Below are positions 1 through 11,909 of a stretch of DNA of 35,265 nucleotides, piece after piece. Position 1 is the stretch's first letter; every line of letters starts with the position of its first letter. The notes under the pieces were generated by a model. It had not been told where the DNA came from, did no database searches, and was given only the letters and a program-made list of their open reading frames with translations. The DNA lies in NCBI GenBank assembly GCA_037834085.1, contig JBBMKC010209485.1:1-35265 (forward strand), in the 5' to 3' direction. Origin of the DNA: Bipalium vagum. Lineage: Eukaryota. The translations under genes were made by a program, and so were the position numbers.

Positions 1-16
1 ATAATAATAATAATAA

Positions 17-47
<31 letters not shown>

Positions 48-50
48 AAG
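1..50. repeat. (ATA)n/(AGA)n microsatellite
   Basis: Seen directly at the window start. Confidence 0.95.
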
Positions 51-109
51 AAAATTAATTAACCTTTTTATAATATTAAACTTTTTTTTTAGACAATGAC
101 TTTGGTTTT

Positions 110-1039
110 TTCCGGAGACAGGAAAAGTGTGCGACCTACAGAAGTTGTGGAATAAAAATTAAAGATAATCGTTAAAGAAGAGAGGCTAATTACCCAGAGA
201 GGGCTTTCAACTAAACTTAATTTAAGTAAGAAGACTGTGTAAAATATGCTAGAGACTATTGGAGTCAGAAAATTAGGTATCAGATTTGTCATAAGATTTT
301 TGACAGCGGAGATGCGACAAAGGCGAAGAATAAACATGTAAAGAAAATGTGGACCTATTTCTTTCTCTTGGACAGAGTTTTTTGAAGAATGTTGTAACAG
401 AGGACGAGACTTCATTCAGTCTTTACATTCCATACAGTAGGCGTGAATCTCATGAATGGGTATTTTCTGAGGAAAGGGCTCCAAACATGCTTCGTTCAGG
501 GACATCTTAATCTCCGTGTATTCTCGGATGCAAAAGGTGTGATCAAAATTGACTTTGTCGAAGGAAACATCGACTGTCAGTACTACTGTACACTGCTTAA
601 TGATCTGAGAAAGCTGTGACGGAAGCCAAAAAATCAAGACCTATTTCTTTTCATGGATAGTGTTCCAGTTCATATAGCTAACCGAACTCCGGATGTCATA
701 CGGGGAAAAGAATTTGTGCTGGTTTCACATGCGCCTTATAGCCTTGATTTTATTCCCAGTAATTTTTCTTGTTTCATCACTTAAAGAAGCATCTGCGAGG
801 TCAGAGAATTAAGTATAAAGATGATCTCATACGAATAGTTCAAGATACTACTACTTTCTTTAAAATGGTCTCTTTTCTGTGATAAATCGATGGACTAAAT
901 GCCTGGAAGCAAAAGGTGGTTATATAGAAAAGTGATTAAGTTTATTTACCTATGTAGTTTACTTGTTCTAAATGCAAAATTTCGTTACAGTAGCATTTTT
1001 ATATATGTACGAGTCTAAGGTCTTTTTATCCACACCACG
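110..1039 (+). mobile_element. Degenerate mariner transposon, 3' part
   Basis: Broken frames give RKLGIRFVIRFLT (WVPxxL equivalent), FMDSVPVH, HAPYSLDFIPSNF (YSPDL equivalent) and CLEAKGGYIEK*. It ends in a TIR-like TTTTTATCCACACCACG followed by TA at 1040-1041. Left boundary approximate. Confidence 0.8.
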
Positions 1040-3148
1040 TACATAATAAAATATTTTTCATCTCAGCGAACAAATTTACCCAGGTAGTGTTATCGTCAAA
1101 ACTGTTAAATTAAAATTTTTTTATTTCAAAAATTTATATTTGTTTTTACAAATCTAAATAATAAAAAATTTGATTGCATATTTAAGATTACTTAATTAAT
1201 TGGCTCTAATTTCAATTTTATGATATTCAATATATAAGAAATAATTGATGAAAATGGAGGAAAAGATAATGCTAAAAATTCAAATTACAAAATATCTATT
1301 TTAATTTTCAGAAATTATTCATTCTCAGGGGCTAAGATTTCATTTAAAATAATTTTGTTAAATTGGTGTTGACACATTAATTATATATACATTAAATGGA
1401 AAATTTTGTTTTATTAATTAAAAACTGCTTTCAAGTAAGCAGTTACACATTGTTTTGACTATGAAATTGTACTTGCGTCGTAAGATCAATACAATTATTG
1501 TCATAAAGGAAGAGTCACACAAAGAGTCTGGTTAATAATTTGTGGTCATATTATCAACATGATAAAGACTTGTTTAAAGAAAATGAATGATTGCGGGTTT
1601 TAAACGCTTGTTTTAATTAACAAACTTACAAACGCAGATAATTATTCAAAATAAATTTACGTAACTCTTGTTCGAGAAATTCTATATGAATAATTAACTC
1701 AGATATTCGAGATTCTCAAACTAAAAGCTGAAGCTTACTCATTATGCAGTAGCAAAATAAAATTTGCCTATTCATAGATCATATATGTAAAAGTACGGTG
1801 GTTGAAAAATGAGAAAGCTTCGTGTTTTAGAAATTTTCTTTCAGTATCAACTAATTCTATTTATGTTTAATCATTTCATTTGATTTCCAATAGTTTATTA
1901 TAGTCGCAGTTCTTTACGTATCGTACAATATAATTTTATACTATTAATTAATCTTGTTTCTTAATATCAATACCGTGTTGTGATCCACCTAATTCTTCGT
2001 GTGATCTATCTCCTAAGTATACATTTCATAGTTAAAACAGCCTGCAATAAATGTTACTTTTAAAAATCTTAAATCTAAGATAACTTTCTTTTACTCTTAT
2101 AATCCTATGAGCTGGAATTTTACTTTTATTTCTAAAGGAATTTTGCCATCTTAACCTTTCGACAATAGGCTTTAAATAGCTCAAGATGAATACTATCTAA
2201 CGTAAATTTCATCTAACGCAACTAACTTTAGTTTTATTAAAGTTGAAATCTACAATAAATGATCCAGATCACCATCCACAATTCGGACTCCTAACGTAGA
2301 TACTTGTTTTTTGTGCTGCAGTGGGAAGTGCCAAGTGTGTATTTTCCACTTACTGCCAGTATTGTATGTCATATTTCCACTGTAACAGTAGAAAGTTGCT
2401 ATTTTCTTAACATAGAACTTCATATGATGCTAATTTCAATTTTATTGGGTTTCTTTACATATTGCTATTTTAAGTTCGGAATGAACAAAGCCCCAGTTAT
2501 TGTATCTTGTCGACTTTATAGATTCATTCCCTCCTTAAAAACACATTTCTACTTCATGACATCATCAACCTCAGCCGAGTTTGTGAAATTAAAAATTGCA
2601 CTAGAAATGTCCCTCCGAAATTTAAATACTGTTAACCAAAATTACACCAGTTAGATTTAGTTTTTGAGATTAAAAAAATTACTATGTACACAAAAAATTC
2701 TGCTTTTTTCATTTATTTATCACTTTTGGAAAATTATTTTATAGTAATAGTAATCCAACATAATTTTCTGTTGTTTAAGGCACGAAAAGCTTAATTCACG
2801 ATATTACCCTACGCTAAAATAAAAATTTTGTGGAATCATTAATGTAAAACTGAGATAATCCAATCATGAAATCGATAACTGAACCAAAATCGTCGAATTA
2901 TTCAGATTATCAAATAAATTCAAAAGAACCACTCTCGCAAATTACTACATATCATGCCTAGTATACATCCCAAATTGAAAAACAATAATCACAATCCACA
3001 TCAAACTAATATTAAATATAAAAATTATTGATTAATAGCTTGAAAAAGAGAAGTCTTGGCATATTTTATGAAATACCACAAAATACACAGTAGTTTCACA
3101 TATTATAGAAAATCTAACATATATTCCGAGTGATGTATCAAAGTTTAA

Positions 3149-3781
3149 TTACAAATTTGGGTTTCTGAACTGTTCAGCCTGCTTTTTAATTTTCTCCTCG
3201 TATTCTTTTTTGTTCTGTAAAAACATTGTGTAAGCTTCCGCCTGAGCCGGATCCTTAGGATTGGGATTATTCAACAGGTCCTGAATACCCAAAAGTATCT
3301 AAAGCAAATAAAAATAACGAATTCAGCTCTTGGAATTACAAACCTGTTTGATAGTTACCGCTGGTCGCCAGTCCTTCTCCTCGTCCAAAATCGATAAACA
3401 AACCGTGCCCGATGGAAAAACATTAGGATGGAACAGTGGTGGTTCGAATTTGCATTTTGGAGGAGTAGTGGGATAATCTGCTTTGAAATACATCCTCAAA
3501 TGGAACAGACCGCCTTCCCAAAGTGTCTGAAGAAAATACTAATTTATGAATAATTGCTAACATGTGATTACTTCTTTTTTTCCGGGAATTGAACAGTCCC
3601 AGACCATTAAATTTAATGTACCATCTGAATTTTTTGACGGTTTAGCTACAAAACCCTAAAAATGGATTATATAGAGAATAAAAATCAATCTATTTACAAA
3701 AGGATGATCTCTCCGCCAAGCCTTTCGCTCTTCTTCAAGTCTTTTCAAAGAGATTCCATCAGCGTCTGCATAATCACTCAT
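3149..3781 (-). CDS. UBC9: SUMO-conjugating enzyme UBC9 (E2), 166 aa, 4 exons
   Basis: Exons 3781-3698, 3655-3572, 3526-3344 and 3298-3149, with GT-AG introns of 42, 45 and 45 nt. The spliced product reads [166 protein letters not shown]. The HPN motif and catalytic Cys (TVCLSIL) are intact. Confidence 0.97.
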
Positions 3782-4839
3782 AATTATTTTCAAACAAAAT
3801 TAAATGAGCACAAAGTATTAATGATTAAAACAACCACAAATTTACTAAATGAAATGTAATTAACTTTTGATTTTAATTAAATTTTATTTTATAATTTAGA
3901 TTATTGATGTGAAATTTCTCTGAAAACAAGTTATAGTCAGAATAAATCATTACTAAAACATTTGAAGATGCTGAATTGTATTCAATTCATGAATGTTATT
4001 TTGATATTTTAAGAGCCTTCTTTGTGCATTTGTAAATAAATTTTAATTGATAAAAAATAAGAAATTAATTTAATTATGGAAATATTTGTTAATTTATTTT
4101 GAATTTTGAGTTTATAGAATGTTCTGGTGCACTTATTGAAATATCTAATTAAAATTAATTAATTAAATTATGAAATTTTAGTCATTTTATTTCTGTCCCT
4201 TAAAGTAAACCACACTTCTGGTTCGTTTTTATAATTATAAATAATTTTAAATTTCACTGAAAATTATTTACAGACCAAATATAAAATATTTTCCTTGAAT
4301 CTTAATTTTTAAATATTTTTTGTGGTTTCATGATTAAGCACTTGACAGGATATGTCTGCTTCAGGACATATGGAGGCTTGATAATGCTTGCGATTGTGAT
4401 TTTCCAGAGTGATTAAGTTACTGCTCGTGAACCCTCAGACTTTGGATGTCTTAGAATGTGCGTGCTACTTTCTTAACTCCTACCCGTAAATTTAACACTG
4501 ATGCAAGTTTCAATCTAACTTTTAGTTGGTGTAACAAAGTCAGTTTGATCAAAAAACTTTTTTTGCTATTACTGTAATTTGTTTTATCTTTTAACAATTA
4601 AGATTAATGTTAATCAAATATGCAACTATCATCCCAACCAAAAAATATAAAAATTGATTCAATTTCAAATGGGTTAAAATTAATATGCAATAACAATAAA
4701 ATGAGAAGAAATAAAGGTTTTTAACAATCACAATATCTCAATTAATTGTCACTATAAAATTTATAATAAAAAATGAAATGAATCGGACTAACCAACATGA
4801 AAATTCAAAGATTTGTTTAAAAATCATTATTGGTAAATA

Positions 4840-5270
4840 GCACAAAATAAAATCTCTTACAAGGGTTATTAAATTGGACCTGTCAAGTTTAGAAATCTTT
4901 AGGCATAAACTTCGTTTAATACACTAAAGTCGTCAGAATTTTACCAGCAGCACAGCACCAAAAGACAATGAAGCTGTTTTTCTCATTACCAGTTGTTGAA
5001 ATAGGTATATTTTTCTTCCCTTTCAAATTCCCTCAAATGTCATAGGAATTTCATCCATATTGAAAATTAGATTAAAACTGCTGGCAATATCATAAATTTT
5101 CATTGAAATCCAATAAAATCTGTTGCTGCGGGATATATTCGCTATATACGCTAATAATTCAAGTGTCGAGACATGTCGCCAAGATTTACATGCAATTGAA
5201 ATAACATGTAAACTGACCAAGTGGTTTCCATATTTATTAAGAAAGGAGAACAGAGACTAACGCTATGCTC
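4840..5270 (-). mobile_element. pogo-family DDE transposase relic
   Basis: ORF 5023-5220 ends in IFNMDEIPMTF, the first catalytic-Asp motif of pogo DDE_1 transposases. Flanking frames are broken; boundaries approximate. Confidence 0.65.
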
Positions 5271-5274
5271 TTCT

Positions 5275-5690
5275 AATTTTTCACGACATGATTTAAAATC
5301 ATTTGAACTTCTTGCGTACTTTTGAGGGAAAATGGACTTACTTCATCAATAAAAGGCAAGGTATTTATTGGTTGTCGTCAAAAGATTTTATACAATACAC
5401 TCCAAGAATAACTAATCATATTTCGTAGATTATGGTATCAGGTATGGTAACAGGTATATCTCACTACGAGTTTCTTGATATAGATGAAACAGTCAATACT
5501 GATTTGTATGCAAAGCAACTTGGCAAAGTTGAAAAGCAATGTTTAATCAATAAAAATAAAAGGATATTGTTACACAATATTTCAAAACTGCAAATTGCGA
5601 AAACTCACAAAAAAGAAAATAGAAGCATTTCATTAGAAAATTTTTTGATCCCGGAGAATATTTTGGAAGAAACATTTCAAAAATAAGAAA
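5275..5690 (+). mobile_element. mariner transposase relic
   Basis: GISHYEFLDIDETVNTDLYAKQL...KRILLHN resembles the mariner catalytic-domain consensus. Boundaries approximate. Confidence 0.7.
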
Positions 5691-5694
5691 ATTG

Positions 5695-6260
5695 AAGAGG
5701 AAGTTAGTAAAAGACTAAAAAATAGTCGCTTCTGGACTGAAGATAAATGTGAAGTGCCAATAATTGAGATACCCATGTTTTTCCAATCAATCACAGTACT
5801 TGCAGCTTTCAGCACTGCCATGTTCTGGAAACTTTTTTTTGAAGAGAACAAAATGTCGGTATCGGTAAATGGTGACAGATATAGAGAAATAATTGTTCGG
5901 CACCTCATTTCATAGCTAAAACAAAGGCGTCGTTTTAGTTGTGCGATCATACAGCAGGGTGGAATTCCTCTCCTTACTGCTATTGCAACAAAAAACTTAA
6001 TCTCTAGTTTTAGTGCCGACAGAGTAATTAGCAAAGGTTTTCCAAAGTCATGACTAGCATATAGGTCAGATCTCACAGCATGTGATTTCTGGTTTTGAAA
6101 TGGCAGTAAAAGAGGACATATACGCTGATCCTTTACCAACCAATCTATTCACAATGAAAGAAGATGTTAAAACAGCATTTGGAAATATCAAATCTGAAGT
6201 TCTAACAACTTTAAATTTGAACATCATAAGGCTGTTACGATATTATTTCACTATGGACAC
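5695..6260 (+). mobile_element. Tc1/mariner-superfamily transposase relic (about DD41D spacing)
   Basis: SVNGDRYREII, QQGG, RVISKGF...YRSDLTACDF and KEDIYADPLPTNLFTMKEDV match the QQDG...WPPRSPDLTPxDF...VY..P..L..LK pattern. Confidence 0.7.
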
Positions 6261-6300
6261 TGCTCGCAAAGTTACTGACCCTTTCACTTTTGTCTATACG

Positions 6301-7208
6301 TGTACGCAAATGAATGAATCAAACAACTACGAACAACACTTTATTGCAAAAATAACAATAACAAACAGTAACAATATTTTTCAAATGATCAATAAAATGT
6401 CTGTAATCAATCACACTGAAAATCAACGTCAATAATAATCAATTAAACTAAAATCAAATAATTAAATATCAATATCAAGTAAATGTCAATAAGGATTAAT
6501 TTTAAAAGAAAAAAAATAAACAAAATCAAGATATTCTCACCAATGGTAACGACAGGTCAAAAGGGTGGTTAGCTGAGTTAAATCCGGTCCACTCAGAAAC
6601 CTCCTAACAGCACAGGACCCGTCTTGAGATTCTGTCACATAGATGGCATAAAGAATGGCGAAAAACTTTCTGATGAATATCTCGAATATTTCGTAGTCGA
6701 ATGTATCGTGGTCGTGTATCTCGTATCCTACTTCTGACGAAAATCTTGGATTTCTCGTAGTTGAATGCCTCGTAGCCTTTTCTGACAAATATCCTGAATA
6801 TCTCGTAGTCACGAAAATTTCTTTCGGAGAATTTTATGGCAATCCACTGCGGATTCCATCTCCTTATATACTATTCTGATCAGACGATCAATCAATCGTA
6901 GACCAGCTTTATCAGTGGGGAATGTCAATTCCCCTTTTAGGATTATTAATCCTAAATTGGTCCATCCTTGCGGACCCTGATCTAATCTTGGCAATTTAGG
7001 TTCGCCATTGTCAAGGTTAGATCCTTTTTGGAAATAATTGTCTTTTTTGTTTGAATGTTCTTTTTAATTAATTAATTATTATTATTTTATTTCTGGCCCT
7101 TTTGCGGTCTTAATAATTTATTGATAATAACCAATCTAAACCCTATTGCGGTCTCTAACATATACTTTTCCAAGGGTTTACAGGGACGTGTCCTTGGCTA
7201 ACTCAACA
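6301..7208 (-). mobile_element. Solo-LTR-like interspersed repeat
   Basis: The minus strand starts TGTTGAGTTAGCC and can end ...GTACA. It has TATATAAG at about 6870 and AATAAA at about 6345. Bases 7095-7208 are clearly homologous to 23765-23889. No TSD was found. Confidence 0.5.
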
Positions 7209-7933
7209 AAGAGAATAATTTTGTGTGTTAATGTAAACGGAAAACACCTTGAGGATGTATAATATAATAATATATAAAAAAAGAGCCATTTTAATGTCAA
7301 TAAAGTCATTTCAGAATAGTTGTGTTCTCTAATTATGTTGTAAATATAAGAAAAAGATGGTATGTTAATCATGAAACACACTATATACAACCTTTTTAGA
7401 ATCCAGAATTACAGTGATTTTTTTAATTAGCGTAGAGTTTTATGGAAACAGCGACTTTAATAGCGACCACTTTCGTTAAATTTAAGTTCTATATAGTTAC
7501 AAAAGTAAAGCTAAAAATTAATATTACTTTGAGATTAAATTAGTGATTTAAAACAAAAACAACATGCTACAGCTATTTCAAATATTATTAAATATAATAA
7601 TAGCTTAATTATTTAATGTTAATTAAATTTCAATCCTTACAATATTATTATGAGTTTCAAATTTAAATTATGACAGTAACTGCTTACAACCCGGTTTACC
7701 TTTTTGTGTTCTTCTAGTATCTCTAAATAGAATTTTTCTTCATGAGTCTTTAATCTCCTTTAACAATCCTAGTTGAAATTAAACTTATACAAAATAAAGC
7801 CTTGTTTTCTTTTTTGTATCGTTAAAGACAATAATAATGAAGAAACATATAGAGAAAGTTGCTCCTCAATTTCGAAGATCTCCATTTTTACAGAGAAAAA
7901 TCTCATGCTTCATATACACATTCATTAACTTTC

Positions 7934-8237
7934 GGTATTATTTTACTTTAACAATCCTGTTTTATAAGCAGACCAATCATAACACAGGGTTATTTTTAGA
8001 TTTTATTTTATATAGGTATTAATGTTGCGAAAGTAAAATAGAACCAAATAAACTATGCTGTGCTCTCCAAACCGTTATCATTTCAAAGAAACCATATTAG
8101 AAAATTGATTTGTATGACATAATTAGGTTCTATTTTACTTTAAAAACATAAATGATCATAGAAAATAAAATCTAAAAATAACCCATTGTTATGATTGGTC
8201 TGCTTATAAGACATGGTTGTTAAAGTAAAATAGTACC
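7934..8237. mobile_element. Foldback MITE, Merlin-like (GG..CC ends, 8-bp TSD)
   Basis: Arms 7934-8045 and 8126-8237 are imperfect inverted repeats. The flanks carry an exact 8-bp direct repeat, TAACTTTC, at 7926-7933 and 8238-8245. Termini are GGTAT.../...GTACC. Confidence 0.8.
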
Positions 8238-8464
8238 TAACTTTCTTTCTTTGATTTTGGATTCATAAAAACAAAATATTCTTAAATTGTTTTAAGTGTA
8301 TTCTGAAAGACCCGAAAATGTTCTAAAAAAAATGAAAATGGCAAATAAAATTTTGAATATAAAAATCAATATTTATTAAATAGGATAAATTGAATTTTTA
8401 AAAAAATTAATGAAGATATATTTTCAATAAAATCCATATTATAAAGAATTATTTTTTTGAAAAA

Positions 8465-11464
8465 ATGGTCAAAACCGATTACCTGATTAAAGTCGTGCTC
8501 TTAATAAGCCTGGGATATATGTGTCTGTATCTCTATGTTATATTCTCAAAATACCTAATTAATTCCGAAAATAAAGACGACGATCTATTTCAAAATGGAA
8601 GATCCTCCTGTTTTATTCAATCTTGTCCAAAAATATATGATAGTTTTATCAATATTCACATAGTTCCAACTAACAGCCTAGAATTGTGGAAGCCTACAGA
8701 TGACCATAATGAAACTTTTAAACAAATAAAAGAAACAATTGCAAGACAAATGTTTATCTCCATTTTTGAAGCTCTGACCAACAATCCTTTTAGAACATTT
8801 ATTATAGATGAATTGAACTATTTTCAAAAATTATGGATTGTTATCAATGATTCTGCGAAGAATAACATTCGGAAGTTAATTGATCGTGGTCAATTGCAAT
8901 TTGTATCGGGGGGTTTGGTTATAAGCGATGAAGCATCCACCCATTACTCGTCCATCATTGATGACTTAACTTTCGGGTTGAACTTTATCAAAAATAACTT
9001 TGGTGAATGCTATAGACCTTGTATTGGGTGGCAGATTGGGGTCTATGGTCACTCAAGAGAAATGGCAGATATTTTGAGACAGATGGGTTTTAAGGCATTG
9101 TTTCTCAATCACATGCCCACTACATTGATCCCTTTGTTTCAGCTCGATCAAAATCATGAATTTCTTTGGAAAACAACCGATTATAACAATAATCACAGTA
9201 GCGAAATGAACAATGATAATACAATTTTTACATCAATATTATTAGGAAATTATTGCTTGTCTAATTTGTTCTGCATGGAAGTGGACTGTAAAAAAAACGA
9301 AATTTCTTTTGATGATGCCGTTTCTAAATTTACCGATTACATACATAATAGGATTTTATGGTACAAAACGAAAAATATTATCATTCCTATCGGTTGTAAA
9401 CTTGATTTTCAAAGGGCTTCGGACAGCTTTGGGAAGTTCGAAAAGGTCATGGAACATATAAATTCCAATCAAAATATTTTCAAAGTGTTCTATTCCACAC
9501 CTTCATGTTACCTGAAAGCGGTGACAACTTCCCTTGAACCTTTGAAAATTTACGATCATGATTTTTTTCCTTACGATGATTCCTTCAACCAATTCTGGAT
9601 CGGTTTCTATACTTCTAGACCGACATTGAAGTTCAACATCCGACTGGCAGAAAATACCATTCAAACATGCAAAAAAATATCATCCCTTAGCGATAAATCC
9701 TATAATCGACATTTCATAGACTTTTTGAACCATCTGTCAGATTTATCAGCCTTGATTTCAGTGATGCAACATTATAGGATAATATCAGGAACATTGAAGG
9801 ATTCTATTGTCAAGCGTTATTTGGAGATATTGTTTCGGGGATTGGATGTTTGCCTTAATCTGACAGTGTCCGGAATAGAAAGTGTAATGAGTTTTAAGTA
9901 TATATATAGGACACCAATTCAGCTCTCCGACTGTCCCCTGTTGAATATCAGCTATTGTCACTTGACAGACAATATGGAGCTTGACAAGTCGTTAGAGCTG
10001 CTCGTTTTCAATCCACTGCCCTATGTTCATACCAAGTGGATTTATATTCCTGTCAGTCTTGGGAATGGTGAAACTTATGAGGTGACTGACGTTTGGAGGA
10101 CTCTTTTAAAAGTAAACATTGTTCCCATCAATAAGATCATTTTGAGAATGTCAGAGCGCCCCAAATCCAGCCAAGCCAAATTTAACTTACTATTCAAAGC
10201 CGAGTTACCTGAAATGGGATTTACGATCTTTTCAATCAAAAGAAAACATTCCGAATTTTGGGATATAACGGAAAACTTCGATGTCATCAACTTTGTAGCG
10301 GAAAAATACGTCAATATTTCGAATTCCATTATGAATGTGATATTAAATGTCAATTCCAATCGGGTCACGGTTGTGAAAAACGGTGAAAAATTCGCGTTCT
10401 TCTTGAACATGAAATGTTACTGTACGTATTTGGATTATGCGTCCTCATCGTCCGACTTGTATGTTTCCATGTTCCAAGAAATTCCCAAACACATAAAAAA
10501 CATGCCGATCACGTTCTTGGTCAACGGATCATTGGTGAAAGAGATCCGAAGAAAGTACAGCAAAACTATCGGCTACACGATTCGATTGTATGAGGGAGAA
10601 TCGAATCTTGAAATAGAGTGGATTGTGAGTGGTATAAAAATATTGAGCTATTTCAACAGGGAATATGTATTGACATATCAATCAGAAGAGAAATTCAAAA
10701 CGTTTCACACAGACTCCAACGGAAGACAATTGATTACGAGGACTTTCAAGGTTAACAAATCCATTGAGTCAAACTTTTATCCGATAACATCGCACGTGTT
10801 GTTCAATATTACTCAAAAGAAGACAATGATCATTCACATCGACAGGAGCCTGGGAGTGGGCTGCACAAATCTCAACACTATTGAACTATTGGTAAACCGA
10901 ATCATTTTTTCCCAACCCAATTCAAAAATTATGAACAATCCCAAAATCCCCAACCCCGATCAACATTTCCCCAGCGTCCTGGGCAGGAATTGGATCGAAT
11001 TCGGCGATTGGGAACAAATGAGAATAAATCGAAGGATTCTGTCGAATGAGATATTTAACCGACAAATTGTTCTGATGACCAATCAAGCAATCGACGACGT
11101 CTATCTGAAATTCCACAGAAACATTCGACAACAGCCGAAGCATTTGAACATTTTGACTTTGGAGCCAGTTCTGGACAATGACAACCCCAAATTTGAAAGC
11201 CATTTGATGAGACTGGAAAATCTCAAAGATATCAGTGATAATGTGGAAATAAATAAAATCAATATATTGCGGGTGAATTTACAGAATCTTTTCGAAAACT
11301 ATGAAATCGTTCAAGTGATAGAAATGAATCTGTCGGGTGATAAGGAGTATAAATCGTTGAGTAAACTGGACGGATTCATGATTAAACTGCATCCCATGGA
11401 GATTATGACATTAAAGATCAAATTTTCCGACAATAATAATAATAATAATAACAATAACGATTAA
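8465..11464 (+). CDS. GH38 lysosomal-type alpha-mannosidase-like protein, intronless, catalytic residues lost
   Basis: 999-aa uninterrupted ORF with an N-terminal hydrophobic anchor (aa about 7-28). GH38 motifs include GQLQFVSGG...DEASTHY, GWQIxxxGHS, YSTPSCY, DFFPY, WIGFYTSRP, CPLLNISYC, VFNPL, TDSNGR, NFYPIT and PMEI. Confidence 0.93.
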   Translation: MVKTDYLIKVVLLISLGYMCLYLYVIFSKYLINSENKDDDLFQNGRSSCFIQSCPKIYDSFINIHIVPTNSLELWKPTDDHNETFKQIKETIARQMFISIFEALTNNPFRTFIIDELNYFQKLWIVINDSAKNNIRKLIDRGQLQFVSGGLVISDEASTHYSSIIDDLTFGLNFIKNNFGECYRPCIGWQIGVYGHSREMADILRQMGFKALFLNHMPTTLIPLFQLDQNHEFLWKTTDYNNNHSSEMNNDNTIFTSILLGNYCLSNLFCMEVDCKKNEISFDDAVSKFTDYIHNRILWYKTKNIIIPIGCKLDFQRASDSFGKFEKVMEHINSNQNIFKVFYSTPSCYLKAVTTSLEPLKIYDHDFFPYDDSFNQFWIGFYTSRPTLKFNIRLAENTIQTCKKISSLSDKSYNRHFIDFLNHLSDLSALISVMQHYRIISGTLKDSIVKRYLEILFRGLDVCLNLTVSGIESVMSFKYIYRTPIQLSDCPLLNISYCHLTDNMELDKSLELLVFNPLPYVHTKWIYIPVSLGNGETYEVTDVWRTLLKVNIVPINKIILRMSERPKSSQAKFNLLFKAELPEMGFTIFSIKRKHSEFWDITENFDVINFVAEKYVNISNSIMNVILNVNSNRVTVVKNGEKFAFFLNMKCYCTYLDYASSSSDLYVSMFQEIPKHIKNMPITFLVNGSLVKEIRRKYSKTIGYTIRLYEGESNLEIEWIVSGIKILSYFNREYVLTYQSEEKFKTFHTDSNGRQLITRTFKVNKSIESNFYPITSHVLFNITQKKTMIIHIDRSLGVGCTNLNTIELLVNRIIFSQPNSKIMNNPKIPNPDQHFPSVLGRNWIEFGDWEQMRINRRILSNEIFNRQIVLMTNQAIDDVYLKFHRNIRQQPKHLNILTLEPVLDNDNPKFESHLMRLENLKDISDNVEINKINILRVNLQNLFENYEIVQVIEMNLSGDKEYKSLSKLDGFMIKLHPMEIMTLKIKFSDNNNNNNNNND

Positions 11465-11909
11465 TTGAATTTAATTATTGATAAATTTGATACAAATGAT
11501 ACTTAATTATTATTGGATTGATAATTGGATTTGATTTAATAATAAATTTTTACTTTTTCCATGGGGTTTTCATAAATAAATTAAATAATTAATCTTATTT
11601 TTCTAAAAAATAACGAGGAAAAGATGTAAAAATCAACAAGAACAATGAGTAGACTTAGAAGATTGATTTGTGTCAGAAGAATAGATGGTGACAAATGATT
11701 TAATAAAAATATAAATAAAACTGAATTTGATTTCTGTAAGTCATTTATTTGACTAAATTTTAAATATTATATTCTAAAATGATCATTGTGTCCGTTGTTT
11801 TTTGCTTTTTGTTTTCTGGCAACCGTAACTCCAGCGAATAAGTTGCTTGATTGGATTTTGCTATTTGAATGTCTTCTAAAAATTTCTACGATATGTTACT
11901 ATAATTCTT

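Noticed and set aside
1400-2700. Decayed coding-like sequence including ORF 2304-2654 and a weak Merlin-like HKGRV..W peptide
   Set aside because: No convincing motif; cannot be assigned by eye.
4330-4550. More GC-rich patch upstream of UBC9, considered as an ncRNA
   Set aside because: No recognisable snoRNA or snRNA boxes and no convincing stem structure.
10075-11203. Antisense ORFs 10075-10410 and 10922-11203
   Set aside because: Shadow ORFs of the mannosidase-like CDS, with no motifs.
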